This document shows positions 36,830 through 49,865 of a stretch of DNA of 51,824 nucleotides, piece after piece; positions within the stretch are counted from its first letter, which is position 1, and each line of letters starts with the position of its first letter. The stretch is from Chiloscyllium plagiosum. Taxonomy: Eukaryota. A program made the translations under genes and the position numbers. Where the stretch lies: assembly GCF_004010195.1 (NCBI RefSeq), contig NC_057750.1, positions 2,494,018 to 2,545,841 on the forward strand. The letters run 5' to 3'. The notes beneath the pieces are model-generated. The model was not told the origin of the DNA, searched no databases, and saw only the letters and a list, made by a program, of their open reading frames with translations.

Positions 36830-37109
36830 ATGACATTCCAAAGATACCTCACCAGCTGGAAAGGACTGTGGGACATGGTGAAAGGCACTGTGGAAATGGA
36901 ACTCCTTTTTGCCCACATTATCTCTGAATGGATTTATGGATGATGAGCTTCCTGTAGACAATGGAGGGAAAGAACATTCTGGAAAGGAGATGCTGTTGTT
37001 GCTGACAGCAGGTCTGGCATGTGAATATTGAGTAAGTGTGAACTTTCTTTGATTTTGATCTATTGTTGTTATGTGGATCTGAGTACAGTGAGGTTTTGTT
37101 TAGTGAGCA

Positions 37110-38000
37110 GTCATAGAGATGTACAGCACAGAAACAGTCCCTTCGGTCCAACCCATCCATGCTGACCTGATATCCCAACCCAATCTAGTCCCACCTACCA
37201 GCACCTGGCCCATATCCCTCCAAACCCTTCCTATTCATATACCCATCCAAATGACTTTTAAATGCTGTAATTGTACCAGCCTGCACCACATCCTCTGGCA
37301 GCTCATTCCATACATGTACCACCCTCTGTGTGAAAAGGTTGCCCCTTAGGTCTCTTTTATATCTTTCCCCTCTCACCCTAAACCTATGCCCAATCTTTTC
37401 TGAACCCTTTCAAGTTTCACAACATCTTTCCGATAGGAAGAAGACCAGAATTGCACGCAATATTCCAACAGTGGCCTAACCAATGTCCTGTACAGCCGCA
37501 ACATCGACCTCCCAACTCCTGTACTCAATACTCTGACCAATAAAGGAAAGCATACCAAACACCTTCACTATCCTATCTACCCAAGACTCTACTTTCAAGG
37601 AGCTATGAGCCTGCACTCCAAGATCTTTGTTCAACAACTGCCTAGGACCTTACCATTAAGTGTATAAGTCCTGCTAAGATTTGCTTTCCCAAAATGCAGC
37701 ACCTCACATTTATCTGAATTAAACTCCATCTGCCACTCAGCCCATTGGCCCATCTGATCATGATTCAATTGTAATCTGAGGTAACCTTCTTCGCTGTCCA
37801 TTACACCTCCAATTTTGGTGTCATCTGCAAACTTACTAACCATACCTCCTATGTTCACATCCAAATCATTTATATAAATGACAAAAAGTAGTGAATCCAG
37901 CACTGATCCTTGTGGCCTCCACTGGTCACAGGCCTCCAGTTGGAAAAACAACCCTCCACACCACCCTCTGTCTTCTACCTTTGAGCCAGTTCTATAGTCC
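37110..38000 (-). mobile_element. CR1 LINE RT/3' fragment
   Basis: [26 protein letters not shown] and FTQRVV on the minus strand. Confidence 0.9.
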
Positions 38001-38004
38001 AGGC

Positions 38005-38520
38005 AGATCAAACCATGCAAGGACATACAGATCACTGGATGTTTAGACAGTGAGGCATACAGGGTTACACAGGAGGTGCACAAAAGTAAGATGAACATCA
38101 GATTTGAAATTTGAGAACTCCACTCAGCAGTCTAATACAGCGGGGAAAAGGCTGTTCTTGAATCTGTTGGTGTGTGTTTAAACTTCTGCATCTTCTGCCA
38201 GATGGGAGAGAGCATAACAGGGGTGGGAGGCGGGTCTTTAGTGTTGGCTGCCTTCCCAAGAGGCACTGGGAAGTGTAGATGGAGTCAGTTTGTGAGACTC
38301 CATGGGAGGTTGGTTTGTGTGATGGGTAGATTAGGTTAGGATATCTGGCCGGCATGGACGGGTTGGACTGAAGGGTCTGTTTCCACGTTGTACATCTGAC
38401 TGTATGGCTGGCCGTGTTCACTCTGTAGTTTCTTATGGTCCTGGGCAGAGCAGTTGCCAAAGCACACTATGATGAACCTGGATGGAATGCTTTCTTTGGT
38501 GCATATGTAAAAGTTGGTTC
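38005..38520 (-). mobile_element. Rex1/Babar-like LINE 3' fragment
   Basis: Minus-strand LPSGRR.RSL...FP..IRLL (frameshifted) resembles the Rex1/Babar RT C-terminus; interrupted by a short CR1 tail at ~38325-38405. Confidence 0.55.
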
Positions 38521-38951
38521 TAATGTAAATTGGAGTTACTCTTTCATGTAGATCTATGCCCCACATCCTGTGAATTGCATTTCATACTTTAGATGTAACC
38601 ATTACTAACACCTCCAGTACAAATCTTAAGAACCCAAGCTCTGCACGGTGGCATGATAATTGTATAACTGGACTAATGATCCTAAGTTCAAAACCCACCT
38701 TAGTAGTTGAGGACATTTAAATTCATTTAATTAAATCCACATGTGAAACAAAATAAACTCTGGGTTAGCAACAATTGGTCACAAAAATACTGAATGCTGA
38801 CTTAAGACCCACCTGGTTCACTTTAGGGAGGGAAGTCTCTCCACTTTGACCCTACATGTGACTCTAAACCCTGCTGACTGAGCTGTGCTCTGAATTCAAT
38901 GGGAACACCTTCCCAGTTGTATTTGCAAAGGTGAGACAGCAGCAGCAGCAG

Positions 38952-39262
38952 GTTAGATTAGAGTCCCTACAGTGTGGAAGAAGGCCATTCAGCCCATCAG
39001 GTGCACGCAGACCATCCAAAGAGCATCTCCCCTACACCCATCCCCTACCCTATCCCTAGAACCCTGCATTTCCCATGGTCAATCCACCCTAACCTGCACA
39101 TCTTTTGGATTCAGGGATGGAAACTGGAAGACCCAGAGGAAACCCACACAGACACAGGGGAACATGCAAACTCCACACAGACAGTAACCTGACGCTGGAA
39201 TCAAACCTGGGCCCTAGTGCTATGAGGCAGCAGTGCTAACCAATGAGCCACCATACCACCCC
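38952..39262 (-). mobile_element. HE1/V-SINE-type SINE
   Basis: Reverse-complement match. Confidence 0.8.
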
Positions 39263-40114
39263 ATGAGGAGTAGGGCTTGTTTTTTTGGTGCTGGGCTCGC
39301 CAAAACCCGGGACATCTTGAATGCCGGGGGCGACAGGGAGACACAGCACAAGTCGGGTCATCTTGAGAAGATGTAGTGGGGAGAGACTGGGTGGGGTCGC
39401 CATCTTGAGTAGGTCGGGTGGGGAGAGATTGAGTGGTGTTGCCATTTACAGAGGTTTGGGGTGGTGAGCCACAGTGGCTGTCCCCCATTTTGTGCAGGTC
39501 ACTAATATGGGGCCATCATCGCCAAGTCGTCATCGGGTTCAGCACTGTCAATAAATGGTGGTCTTGCCAGAGAAGCTCAGTGCGTGAACAAATAGGAGGA
39601 AGAGGCAGGAATGTGCTGTGCAGGCAGATCCAATGAGATCATGGGAGATTGTCTCCCTGAGCACTCGATTCCACCTTTTAGCCTTTGATTCCCTGAAGAG
39701 CTGCCCTGAATGTCGTTAACTATCTAACCTCCCTGCAAATAGAATGCTAACATGCTCTGGGAGTCAAAATCAAACCCTTTAACAATTGGCAGAAGGTGAT
39801 AGGGGAAGATAATTGCCTTCTGCATCAGTGAACCCCTCCTGTCATCCAACATTCTTCCTGCACATACTGTAAAGCTGAAGTCAGGTGGTGAAATATTTTT
39901 GATAGATTTGACGCGGCTGCAGTTTGGTTTTTTTTGGTACAGAGCTCCTGCAAAGTTAATATAAAGGTGGTCGTCTTTAACAAGGTGACAATGGAGTTGG
40001 GGGAAAGCCCTCTGAGGGTGTGAGCTGCGTGCATTCCAACAGTAGGAAATGTCAGCATCACAACTGGGAAGAGTTGAGATTAAAAAAAAAACGCAATTAA
40101 AATTCGTAGCCTCA

Positions 40115-40790
40115 GGAACGGTGGCTCAGTGGTTAGCACTGCTGCCTCACACCTTCGGGTGACTGTCTGTGTGGAGTTTGCACATTGTCCCTGTGTCTGC
40201 GTGGGTTTCCTCCGGGTGCTCCGGTTTCCTCCAACAGCCCAAAGATTTGCAGCTTAGGGTGGATTGGCCATAGGAAATGCTAGGTTGCAGGGATAGTGTG
40301 GGGGCATGCCTCTGGGTAGGATGCTCCTCAGAGGGTCGGTGTGGGCTGAATGAGTCAAAATGTGTGGTGCTGGAAAAGCACAACCAGTCAGGCAGCATCC
40401 GAAAGGGCAGGAGACTTGAGGGTTTGAACATAAGCTCTTCATCAGGAATAGTACTGAAACATTGACTCTCCTACTCGGATGCTGCCTGACTGGCTGTGCT
40501 TTCCCAGCACCACTCTAATATTGACTGATCTCCAGCATCTGAAAATGTATTGCTGGAAAAGCGCAGCAGGTCAGGCAGCATCCAAGGAGCAGGAGAATCG
40601 ACGTTTCGGGCATGAGCCCTTCAGGACTCATGCTCGAAATGTCAATTCTCCTGCTCCTTGGATGCTGCCTGACCTGCTGCGCTTTTCCAGCAACACATTT
40701 TCAGCTCTGATCTCCAGCATCTGCAGTACACCCTTTCTCCCCTTTTAGTTGGGACGAATGCCTATCCCCACACTGTAGGGGTTCTATGGA
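40115..40790 (+). mobile_element. HE1/V-SINE interrupted by two family A Penelope fold-backs (~40352-40745)
   Basis: SINE head and core at 40115-40350, tail resumes at ~40748; two successive inverted pairs lie between. Confidence 0.8.
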
Positions 40791-41744
40791 TGAGTCAAAG
40801 GAGTAAGGGCTATTGAGCACCAATCAATTTGTACTCTTTATTAAATCATTTATCCCGGCTCAAATTCATTTTTTTTTCCCCCCACGACTTGCAAATATCT
40901 ATGCCCCTTGCTGGGTGCAACAAATGTTTGTTTTCTGAGTATTCCATGTTTCCAACTTCTTGTGTGAAGATGTTTTTTTTCTCCCTTTGTGGGAACAAAT
41001 AGCTGCAGCTGCTAGAATCTGTACTGAGAGCAGTAAATGCTGGAGATCACAGCGGGTCAGTCAGTATCTGCGGAGAGAGAGAGAGCAAACTAACACTTGG
41101 AGTCTAGATGGCTCTTCAGAGCTGAAGTGAAGTGTGGAGGGGGCTGGATTAATCCCATACTGGTGGTGGTTGAGAAAGGGTGTTAGTTCAGATTAACTGA
41201 TGGACTGAGAATGGCAGAACAATGGTGAAAGTGAGGACTGAAGATGTTGGAGACCAGAGTTTTTTTAGATTAGAGTGGTGCTGGAAAAGCACAGCAGGTC
41301 CGGCAGCATTCGAGGAGCAGGAAAATTGACGTTTCGGGCAAAAGTCCTTCAACAATAGTGTGTCTAACTGCCTGAGTGGAAAGAATAGTCAGTCCTGCTT
41401 GAGGGCGGAGAGGAGAGAGGATATGGTGACAGTGTGACAAGTAAAGCTTTTTGCCTTGGCTTTGATTTTTATTTGCCCCCAAGCTGAATTTTCTTCACCA
41501 AACTTGCCCTCTGAATAGAGGAGCAATTATAAATCAGCCTGCTCTTACTTTTACAGACAAGAAATTGTCTTTTGATATTCCCTCCTGAAGACTTTGAGTG
41601 AGTAATGAAGTCAGTGTGTGTTCAGTGGGAATGTGTCAGTACCTCCTGAATACTGCCTGGTTTTATCCCAGTCTCGCTAGCTGGCTAATGATTTTATTTT
41701 CTCTGTACGTTATCTGTGCAATAGAATCTTGGTGATCAGAATTC

Positions 41745-42390
41745 GGGGTAGCTCAACGTTTCACACTGCTACCTCATAGCGCTAGGGACCCAAGTTCGAT
41801 TCCAGCCTCTGGCGACTGTGTATGTGGAGTTTGCACATTCTCCCCCATGTTGGCATGTTTCCTCTGGATGCTCCAGTTTCCTCCCACAATCCACAGATTG
41901 ATTAGAATCCCTACAGTGTGGAAACAGGCCTTCCAGCCTAACACGTCCATACCAACCCTCTGAAGAGTAACCCACCCTGACTAATGCACCTAATTCTATG
42001 AGCAATTTAGCATGGCCAATTCACCTGACTGGCACATCTTTGGACTATGGGAGGAAACTTGGGCACCCGAGGGGGAAACTCACCCAGACATTGGGAGAAT
42101 GTGCAAACTCCACACAGTCGCCTGAGGCTGGAATCGAACCTGGGTCCCTGGTGCTGTGAGGCAGCAGTGCTAACCACTGAGCCACCATGCCACCCTCTTG
42201 TGTGGGTTAATTGAATTGGCCATGCTAAATTGTCCCATAGTGTTCAGGGATGCACAAGTTAGGTGCATTAGTCAGTGGTAAATATAGGATAATAGGGTAG
42301 CAGAATGGGTCTGGGTGGGTTTCGCTTTGGAGGGTCAGTGTGGACTTGTTGGGCCAAAGGGCCTGTTTCCACACTGTAGGAAATCTATGA
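41745..42390 (+). mobile_element. HE1/V-SINE with a second copy nested antisense (~41897-42195)
   Basis: The plus copy breaks after tcccacaatccacaga and resumes at tgtgtgggttaattgaattggcc; a minus copy lies between. Confidence 0.8.
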
Positions 42391-43059
42391 AACAGGCACA
42401 GCCTACGAGTGAAGGGACAATCTTTTAGAGCTGACAATAAGGAGGAATTTCTTCAGCCAGAGGGTGGGGAGTCTGAGGAACTCATTGCTGCAGAGGGTTG
42501 TGGGGGCCAAGTCATCGAGTGTATTTAAGACCGAGATAGATTGATCCCCTTAACAATCGGGAACCAAAGGGTTACAAGGAGAATGGGGTTGAGAAACATT
42601 ACTGCTGTGATCGAATGGTGGAGCAGAATGGATGGGCTGAATGGTCTAATTCTGCTTATGGTCTTAGATTCAGACAACCAGTAAGCTGGTGCACAGTTTA
42701 TTTGCTTCCAATTGAGGCCTACCAATCCAGGGTTCTGTGTCCTCCAAGACCACTTCACAACTAGCCCTTGACGAGTATTTTATCAATTTGTTTGTGGGAT
42801 GTGGATAACTATTGCAAAGCCAATGTCTGTTACTCATTCCTAATTGCCTTGAAGGTGCTAGTGAGCGTTTGACTGATCGCTGGGTGAGAATACTGGAATT
42901 CCCTCCCTAAGGGCATTATGGGTTAACCCATAGCACATGGACTGCAGTGATTCAGGAAGGCAGCTCACCCCCACTTTCTCAAGGGAACAATTAGGGATGG
43001 GCAATACATACTGGGCCCAGCCAGTGATGCCCACCTCCCACAGATGAATTAAAAAACTC

Positions 43060-43960
43060 AGCCTCTACCACCTGGCAGTGCCTTCTGCACACCTACCCCT
43101 TTTTTATATTAAAAAAAATTCCTGCCTCACTCATCTCCTTTAAATATTCCTCCTCCCCTTAAACCTATGCTCCCTAGCACTTGATATTTCTACCTGGGAA
43201 AGGCAGTCTGATTATCTATCCTATCAATGCCACTCAATTTTGTATACTTTTTTTATTGGGTCACCCTCTGCCCTCATTCTTAGAGACTCTAAGGAAAACA
43301 ATCCAAGTTTGACCAATTTCCCCTAATAGCTAATACACTCTATTCCAGGCAACATCCTGGGAAACCTCTTCTGCACCCTCCCCAAAGCCTTCACATTCCC
43401 TCCCCCTATAGTGTGGAGACCAGAGCTGTGCACCATACCCCAAATGGGACCTGACTAAATTTCCTGATGAAGGGCTTATGCCCGAAATGTTGCCTGACCT
43501 GCTGTGCTTTTCCAGCACCACACTCTGATCTCCAGCATCTGCAGTCCTCACCTTTCTCAGTGGCCTGAGCAAAGTTTTTTATACAGCTGCAGCATGACTT
43601 GCCAACTCTCCGACTCTGCCTCACGCTATATGTATTCTTTACTAATTTATCCACTTGTGTGGCCACTTTCAGGGAGCTATGGACTTGCACCCCAAGATCC
43701 CTCTGAATATCAATGCTCCTTAGGGTCCTGCCATTTACTGTATACCTTCCTCTTGCACTTGACCTCCCACAATGCATCACCTCACTTTTTTCCCAGCTAA
43801 AACTCCATCTGCCATTTCCCTCCTCACTAACCACAATTCCACCAATTTTCCTGTTGTCTGCAAGCTTATGAATTAGAACACCTACATTTTTCATCCAAAT
43901 AATTTTATCTACATTACAAGCAACAGCGGTCCCAGCAGAACTTCCAGATTGCCACTGGTC
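43060..43960 (-). mobile_element. CR1 LINE RT/3' fragment with nested family A copy (~43460-43560)
   Basis: KLADNRKIGG..RDLGVQVHSSLK on the minus strand. Confidence 0.8.
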
Positions 43961-44919
43961 ACCAAGAAATTCACCAGAATCTTGGCTGAGTTTCCTTTTA
44001 ATGCTTTTTAACTTTAAGGTCCTTCCCCCTCCCACCTACCACCAAGGATTAATGCTGCAATCCAATGATTTCCCCTTACTGTTTTGATGTCTCTTTCTTT
44101 CTGCTGAATTTGGGATTAACCTCCACTTGGTTGGTGTATGGTCAAACACCCCTTCGTGATATATGCCTGCTTATAAACTTTTTTTTTATGATTACATAGA
44201 AATGAATCAACTCAATTATGCTTGGCTAAGATCAGATGTTTTGAATGTACAATCACAATCCTGTTTTATACTCGTTGTGGCCAAGAAACATAATTGCACT
44301 CCGGAGTTTTGCTCCATTATGGATGTAATCTGCAGATCCTTCTGGAAAGGATTAATGGAGAAAATTCACTTACAAACATAATTGTGTATATACATGACCG
44401 AGAGATGGGTATTTTCCCAACATGTGTTTTATAAACCAAAGAAAACACTGCGGAAAGGAGATCTGACCATTGTAAACAGTTTTGATTTTGTGAAATATGA
44501 AAATGAACTTTGGACAGTTGTTTGTTGATCTCTCCAGCACACGCCCTGAAAGGGAGCTAGAAACAAACCGTTTCAACTTTCAAATGGAAAGGGGATAAAT
44601 ACTTGACAGCTGTTTATTTCGAGACATGCAGGATGTTGAGTTTGTTATAATCTTGTTTGATTGCTCATTAGGGTTGGATCAACTCTGTGGCTTGGTTTAT
44701 TTAAAACAGTAAAACATATGGTAAGTTATGAATCAGTCTGTGCAGTCAAACCATTGAACTTTGTGCATGCAGCATGAAAACCCAAAGCTGCAGGCCAGCA
44801 TTGTATACACACTGCACATGGAGTCCTTAAAGGTGCACCCTTTTTAAAGGCAAGGTACACTTTAAACATGGGGATGGAGCAAGGGAGTGGGATTACCTCA
44901 GAGCAGTGGAATGGAATTA

Positions 44920-45210
44920 ACCCAATGAAGGGGCAGTGCTCCGAAAGCTTGTGGTTTCAGAGAAACCTGTTGGACTGTGACCTGGTGTCCTGTGACTTCT
45001 GACTTTGTCCACCCCAGTCCAACACAAGCACCTCCACATCAAGAATTTTGGCTCAGCACTAATCTCCTGCCTTTTTCCCCCAAAACCTTGGACATTATTT
45101 TGACTTGGGAGACAGCGAGGTCTGCAGATGCTGGAGATCAGAGTCAAGAGTGTGGTGCTGGAAAAGCACAGCAGATCGGATGCTGCTGTGCTTTTCCAGC
45201 AACACACACC
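44920..45210. mobile_element. Penelope family B variant (+) and short family A fold-back
   Basis: gaaggggcagtgctccgaaagcttgtgg.. at ~44927; inverted pair at ~45105-45205. Confidence 0.65.
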
Positions 45211-48204
45211 CATTATGTCTACTTAACCAACTGTACAAAGCCCCTCTGGAATACCTTAATTGAAACTTCCGCCACCACATTCCCAGACTGTGCACCTAAC
45301 CCCACACTCTGCGGACATAGTTTATCTTGCCTTGCATTCGTTTCGTTTGCAAAACACTTGAAATCTGTGCCCTGCGGTTCTCAGTCCGGTAACGAGAGAA
45401 CACAGTTTCTCCCTGACAAAAACACAAATTGCTGCAAAAGCTCAGCAGGTCTGGCAGCATCTGTCGAGAGAAATCAGTCAACATTTTTGGTCCACTGACC
45501 CTTCCTCAGAATTGATTCTCTTTGTCTGCTCTGCCCAAACTCCTCCTGCATTTTGAAAACTCCTCGGTTTCGTTTTCCCCATGGGAATGCTCTCCAGTCC
45601 TATCCTCGTCACTGAAGTTTCTCAACCATTGAAGCAAACTCAAACTCCGCATTATACGGATTCCATTCTATTCTAAACTGACAAAATTGAGAGAAATAGC
45701 AGTGATTCTGAAGATTGGGAGATTTAAAGAATACAACACCTAGGAGCAAGATATTGGAAAGGAAAGGGAGAATAGAATATGGATGCAATCTTGCAAACAA
45801 AAAAGCAAAATAAGGCTGTAAAAGCTTCTAGAGGTATGTAAAAAGGAAACATTTGGCTAAAATGAGTATGGGTCCACTACAGGCAGAGTCACACGAATGT
45901 ATGATGGGTGAATCGAGAAGTGCCGGAGAAACCAAATGATTACTTTGTGTTGGTTTCCCCTGAAGAGACCCCAGCAGTGCTCCGGGACTGAAGATCAAAG
46001 TGGCTCGGGGGGGGGAGAGAATGAGGAATTGAAGAAAATTGTACTGGAGAAAATAATGGAGCTGAAGGTGGATAAATCCCAAGCTTCAGCACTCGCACAG
46101 TCTTGTCACTCCCAAAACAGTTCATCTCGTGTGATTTCCCTCCTCTCTCATTGCAGCCTTTCGTCTGGACAGCAATTAGCAACAGGGACCCGCGCAGATT
46201 ATCACCAACCTGACCGCTGTGGAATGAGGTGAGCAGCCAATTCCTTCAAACTATTAAGAGCATGTATTTGCAGTCATGTTCCTCCTTTCCCAGCCTGTTT
46301 CTCCGGACTGTCCGGTCTGATCTCTGTAGTTCCTCCCAGTGTGAGATGGACCACTTCTCTACAATAGCGTTCCGGAAGCTCCGTGCCTTCCAGGATAAAG
46401 ACCATAAGACATAAGAGCAGATAACCATTCAGCCCATCCAGTCTGCTCTGCCATTCAATCATGGCTGATATGTTTCTGAACCCCATTCTGCTGCCTTTTC
46501 CCTGGAGTCTTTAAGCCCCTCACTAATCAAGACTGCCTTAAATACCCTCAATGGGTAAGGTGTCCACAGCTCTGTAGCAATGGGTCCCAGAGATTCACCA
46601 CCCTCTGGCTGAAGAGGTTGCTTCCCCATCTCGGTGCTAAAGGGTTGTCCCTTCACTGTGAGGCCGTGCCCTCTGCCCTCTGCTCCTGGTTGGCTATCTG
46701 CCACCTTGAATCATTCACTCCTTCCAACCAACCTATGGGGAGCAGCAGTGTACACTAATCTACATTTCAGCTCTTCAGTCCTTCAACAGGACCTTCCAAA
46801 CCCCTGACCTCTAACCCTGGAAGGATAAAGACCTGTCTCAGCTTGATGTGGAGAAGGCGGTGTTGGACTGGGGTGGACATAGGTAAAAATCTCAGCTTGA
46901 GCATCAGCCCTCTGCTCATACGTTAAGTGTATGCTTGGGTACCAGGGCTGGACTGACAGTGAAGAATTTAGTGTACAGTTAAACTTCAAGAGGCTGGAAC
47001 CTCAACCCAGGATCACCTCAATCCCCTCAGGAGAGCAGAGGGTGACAATCCTGTCTCTGAATGGAGGGCAGATACTCTAGAATCACAAGGCCAGTCTGAG
47101 GTCAGCTCAAACCTTTCAGAAGCCGAAATGCCTTTTAAAGAAAAAGTCAATTTGTCTCTTGTTCATTCCTGCAGCTTGTCCCTTCTCATGGAGAAATCAG
47201 TGAGTGCTGTTTTTTTGCGAGAAACATCAGGCCTCCAGAAAACTAGCAGCTGACATCCTGCCACAGTGTCAAGGAGTTCCTGCTGCAGCTTTCCAGAGAT
47301 CGGGAATGGTGTCCCATTCTCCTTCCCACCATGATCCAAGGCAATGAGAAGCGAGATGAGTTCAGCCAATGGAAAATCAGGAGGGTGCTCCAACCCCATG
47401 TCTCTATTGCGGGTCAGACCAAACCACATCTGGGATCAGCTGGAATCTTTCTGCCAACCCTAGAGGGTCAGCAGAAAGCCTCTTAGCCATTGTTGTACCT
47501 GTTTAGTGAGAATCCTGTTCTGATTGGATAACAGTTTTCAGCAGCTGGGCCTCTGGCTGCCGGTTTATGGCAGCTAGATCGATGATTGATTGATTGGTTC
47601 AGTGTTCAATGGGTAGCTTTCTGACTTGCTGACAGTGTTTAGCAGGTGGATCTCTGATTGGATGATTTTTCATCAGGTAGATCTCTGGCCAACAGTTTTA
47701 GGTGGGTGGATAGATCTCTGGCTGATAGCGTTTGGTGGGTAGTGTTCAGGTAGATCTCTGATTGGATGATGGTGTTTGGCAGCTGGCTTTCAGATTGGAT
47801 GATAGTTTTCAGCAGGTGGGTATTCTGCCTTCTGTCTTTATGCTGAGAGTGCCCATCTCTGTCCAGTTAGACATCTGACTGGCACTTGATTGGCTGGTCT
47901 ATCCCTGGAAGACATGATATAGGGCTGCCATTAGTTATGGAGCCAATAAGCAAGGCTAGCCTTTACCCCCATTTGAATTTATCCCAAAACCTTCTAAAAG
48001 GATAAACTCTTGCAGGTGGGAAATTCTGAGAGCCATGGGGAAGAAACTGGGAGTGGGACTTGCTGGAGGAATAGCACAGGTTCAATGGGTGAATGGACTC
48101 TCTGTCCTGTACTGTCAGGTAGAATCATACATATTTTTAATCTGTGAGAACTCACCCTCTCTCCTGAATGCTGCCTAAACTCTTCAATATGGGGACCCAT
48201 GTAG

Positions 48205-49200
48205 TGTGTCAAAGTTCACAGATGACACTAAAGTGAGTGGTAGAGCAGTGTGTAGAAGACATGAAGTCTGCAGAGGGATAGATTGGTTCAGTGAGTGGGC
48301 AGGGGTCTGGCAGATGACGTACAATGTGGGTAAATGTGAGGTCACCCTCTTGGTTGGAATAACAGCAAAATGGCTGATTTTTATTTAAATGATGCAAGAT
48401 TGCAGCATGCTGCTGGGCAGAGGGACCTGGGTGTCCTTGTGCACTAATTACACAAGGTTGGCTTGCAGGTGCAGCAGATAATTAAGAAGGCAAATGGAAC
48501 ATTATCCTTCATTGCTAGAGGGATGGAGTTTAAACATAGGGAGGTTTTGCTGCAGCTGTATAGGCGAAAGCAAGGACTCCAGATGCTGGACATTAGAGTT
48601 GGAGTGTGGTACTGGAAAAGCGCAGCAGGTCAGGCAGCATCCGAGAAGCAGGAAAATCGACATTCCAGGCAAAAGCCTTTCATCAGCTTCCTGCTCCTCA
48701 GATGCTGCCTGACCTGCTACTGACCACACTCGACTCCAGCTGTACAGGGCGCTGGTGAGGCCACACCTAGAGTACTGTGTGCAGTTTTGGTCTCCTTGCT
48801 TGAGAAAGGATGTACTGGCACTGGAGGGGGTGCAGAGGAGGTTCAGCAGGTTGATCCTGGAGTTGAGGGGGTTGGCTTATCAGGAGAGAGTGAGATTATA
48901 GTTGGGATTTAGAAGAATGAGGGTAATCTTCTAGAAACATAAATATGCAGGATGTTTCCACTGGTGTATGAAACTAGAACCAGGGGCATTGCCTCAAAAT
49001 AAGGGGGAGTGGGTTTCAGACTGAGCTGGGGAGGAACCTCTTCACCCAGAGGGTTGTGAATCTGTGGAATTCCCTGCCCAGGGAAGCAGCTGAGGCTTCT
49101 TCACTGAATGAATGTTTGTTTGTTTGTTTTTATATTGAATGGGGGGAAAAGTGTAGGCTGGAGGGGACAGATGGCCTACTCCCATCCTAGTTCTTATATC
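48205..49200 (+). mobile_element. CR1 LINE RT/3' fragment with nested family A fold-back (48561-48736)
   Basis: SKFTDDTKVSG and FTQRVVNLWNSLP; TSD cagctgta at 48553-48560 and 48737-48744. Confidence 0.85.
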
Positions 49201-49574
49201 TCCTCAACTCAAACAGTTAGTAAATCTGCCTTGAAACAGTTTCCCTCTCTGAGAATAGAAAGTCAAACAGCAGGTTCCCTTCAGCTGCTCACAAGAGGCC
49301 AAGCGCTGACTGGACACGGCAGTCTGAGTACAACGTTATGTGGTTTCTGTGAACAATCCTGACTCTACCAAGGGCTACTTTAACAACTCATTTATGAGTG
49401 AGTGGATATTGTAATATGGCTCATTTAACGTTTTGCTGGAGGCCACACACATACATAGTCAGGGCGCAGTCCTCTGCAGGTAAAAGGAATTTGTCCAGTA
49501 AGTGTCTTTCCAATTCAACAAAAGCTTGGTGGACATTCTTCCCTAGCATATTCCCCTATGACATGTCTCAACCA

Positions 49575-49865
49575 ATCACAGAATCCCTATGGTGTGGGAA
49601 CAGCTGTGTTTTTTTTTTGCACCAATGAATGCACACCAACCCTTTTGAAGACTATCCCACTCAGACCCTTCCCATCCCTGTAACCCTACATTTCCCATGG
49701 CTAATCCACATAGCCTACACATCCTGGACACTATGGGCAATTTAGCATAGTCAGTCCCTCAAATCTGCACATCTTTGAACTGTGGCAGGAAACTGAAACA
49801 CACAGGGAGAATGTGCAAACTCCAGTCCCCTGATGTGAGGTAGCAGTGCTAACCACTGAGCCACC
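49575..49865 (-). mobile_element. Degenerate HE1/V-SINE
   Basis: gcagtgctaaccactgagccacc and gggagaatgtgcaaactcc remnants. Confidence 0.7.

Noticed and set aside
47163..47429. 88-aa minus-strand ORF in unique sequence
   Set aside because: No recognisable motif and no convincing splice or start context.
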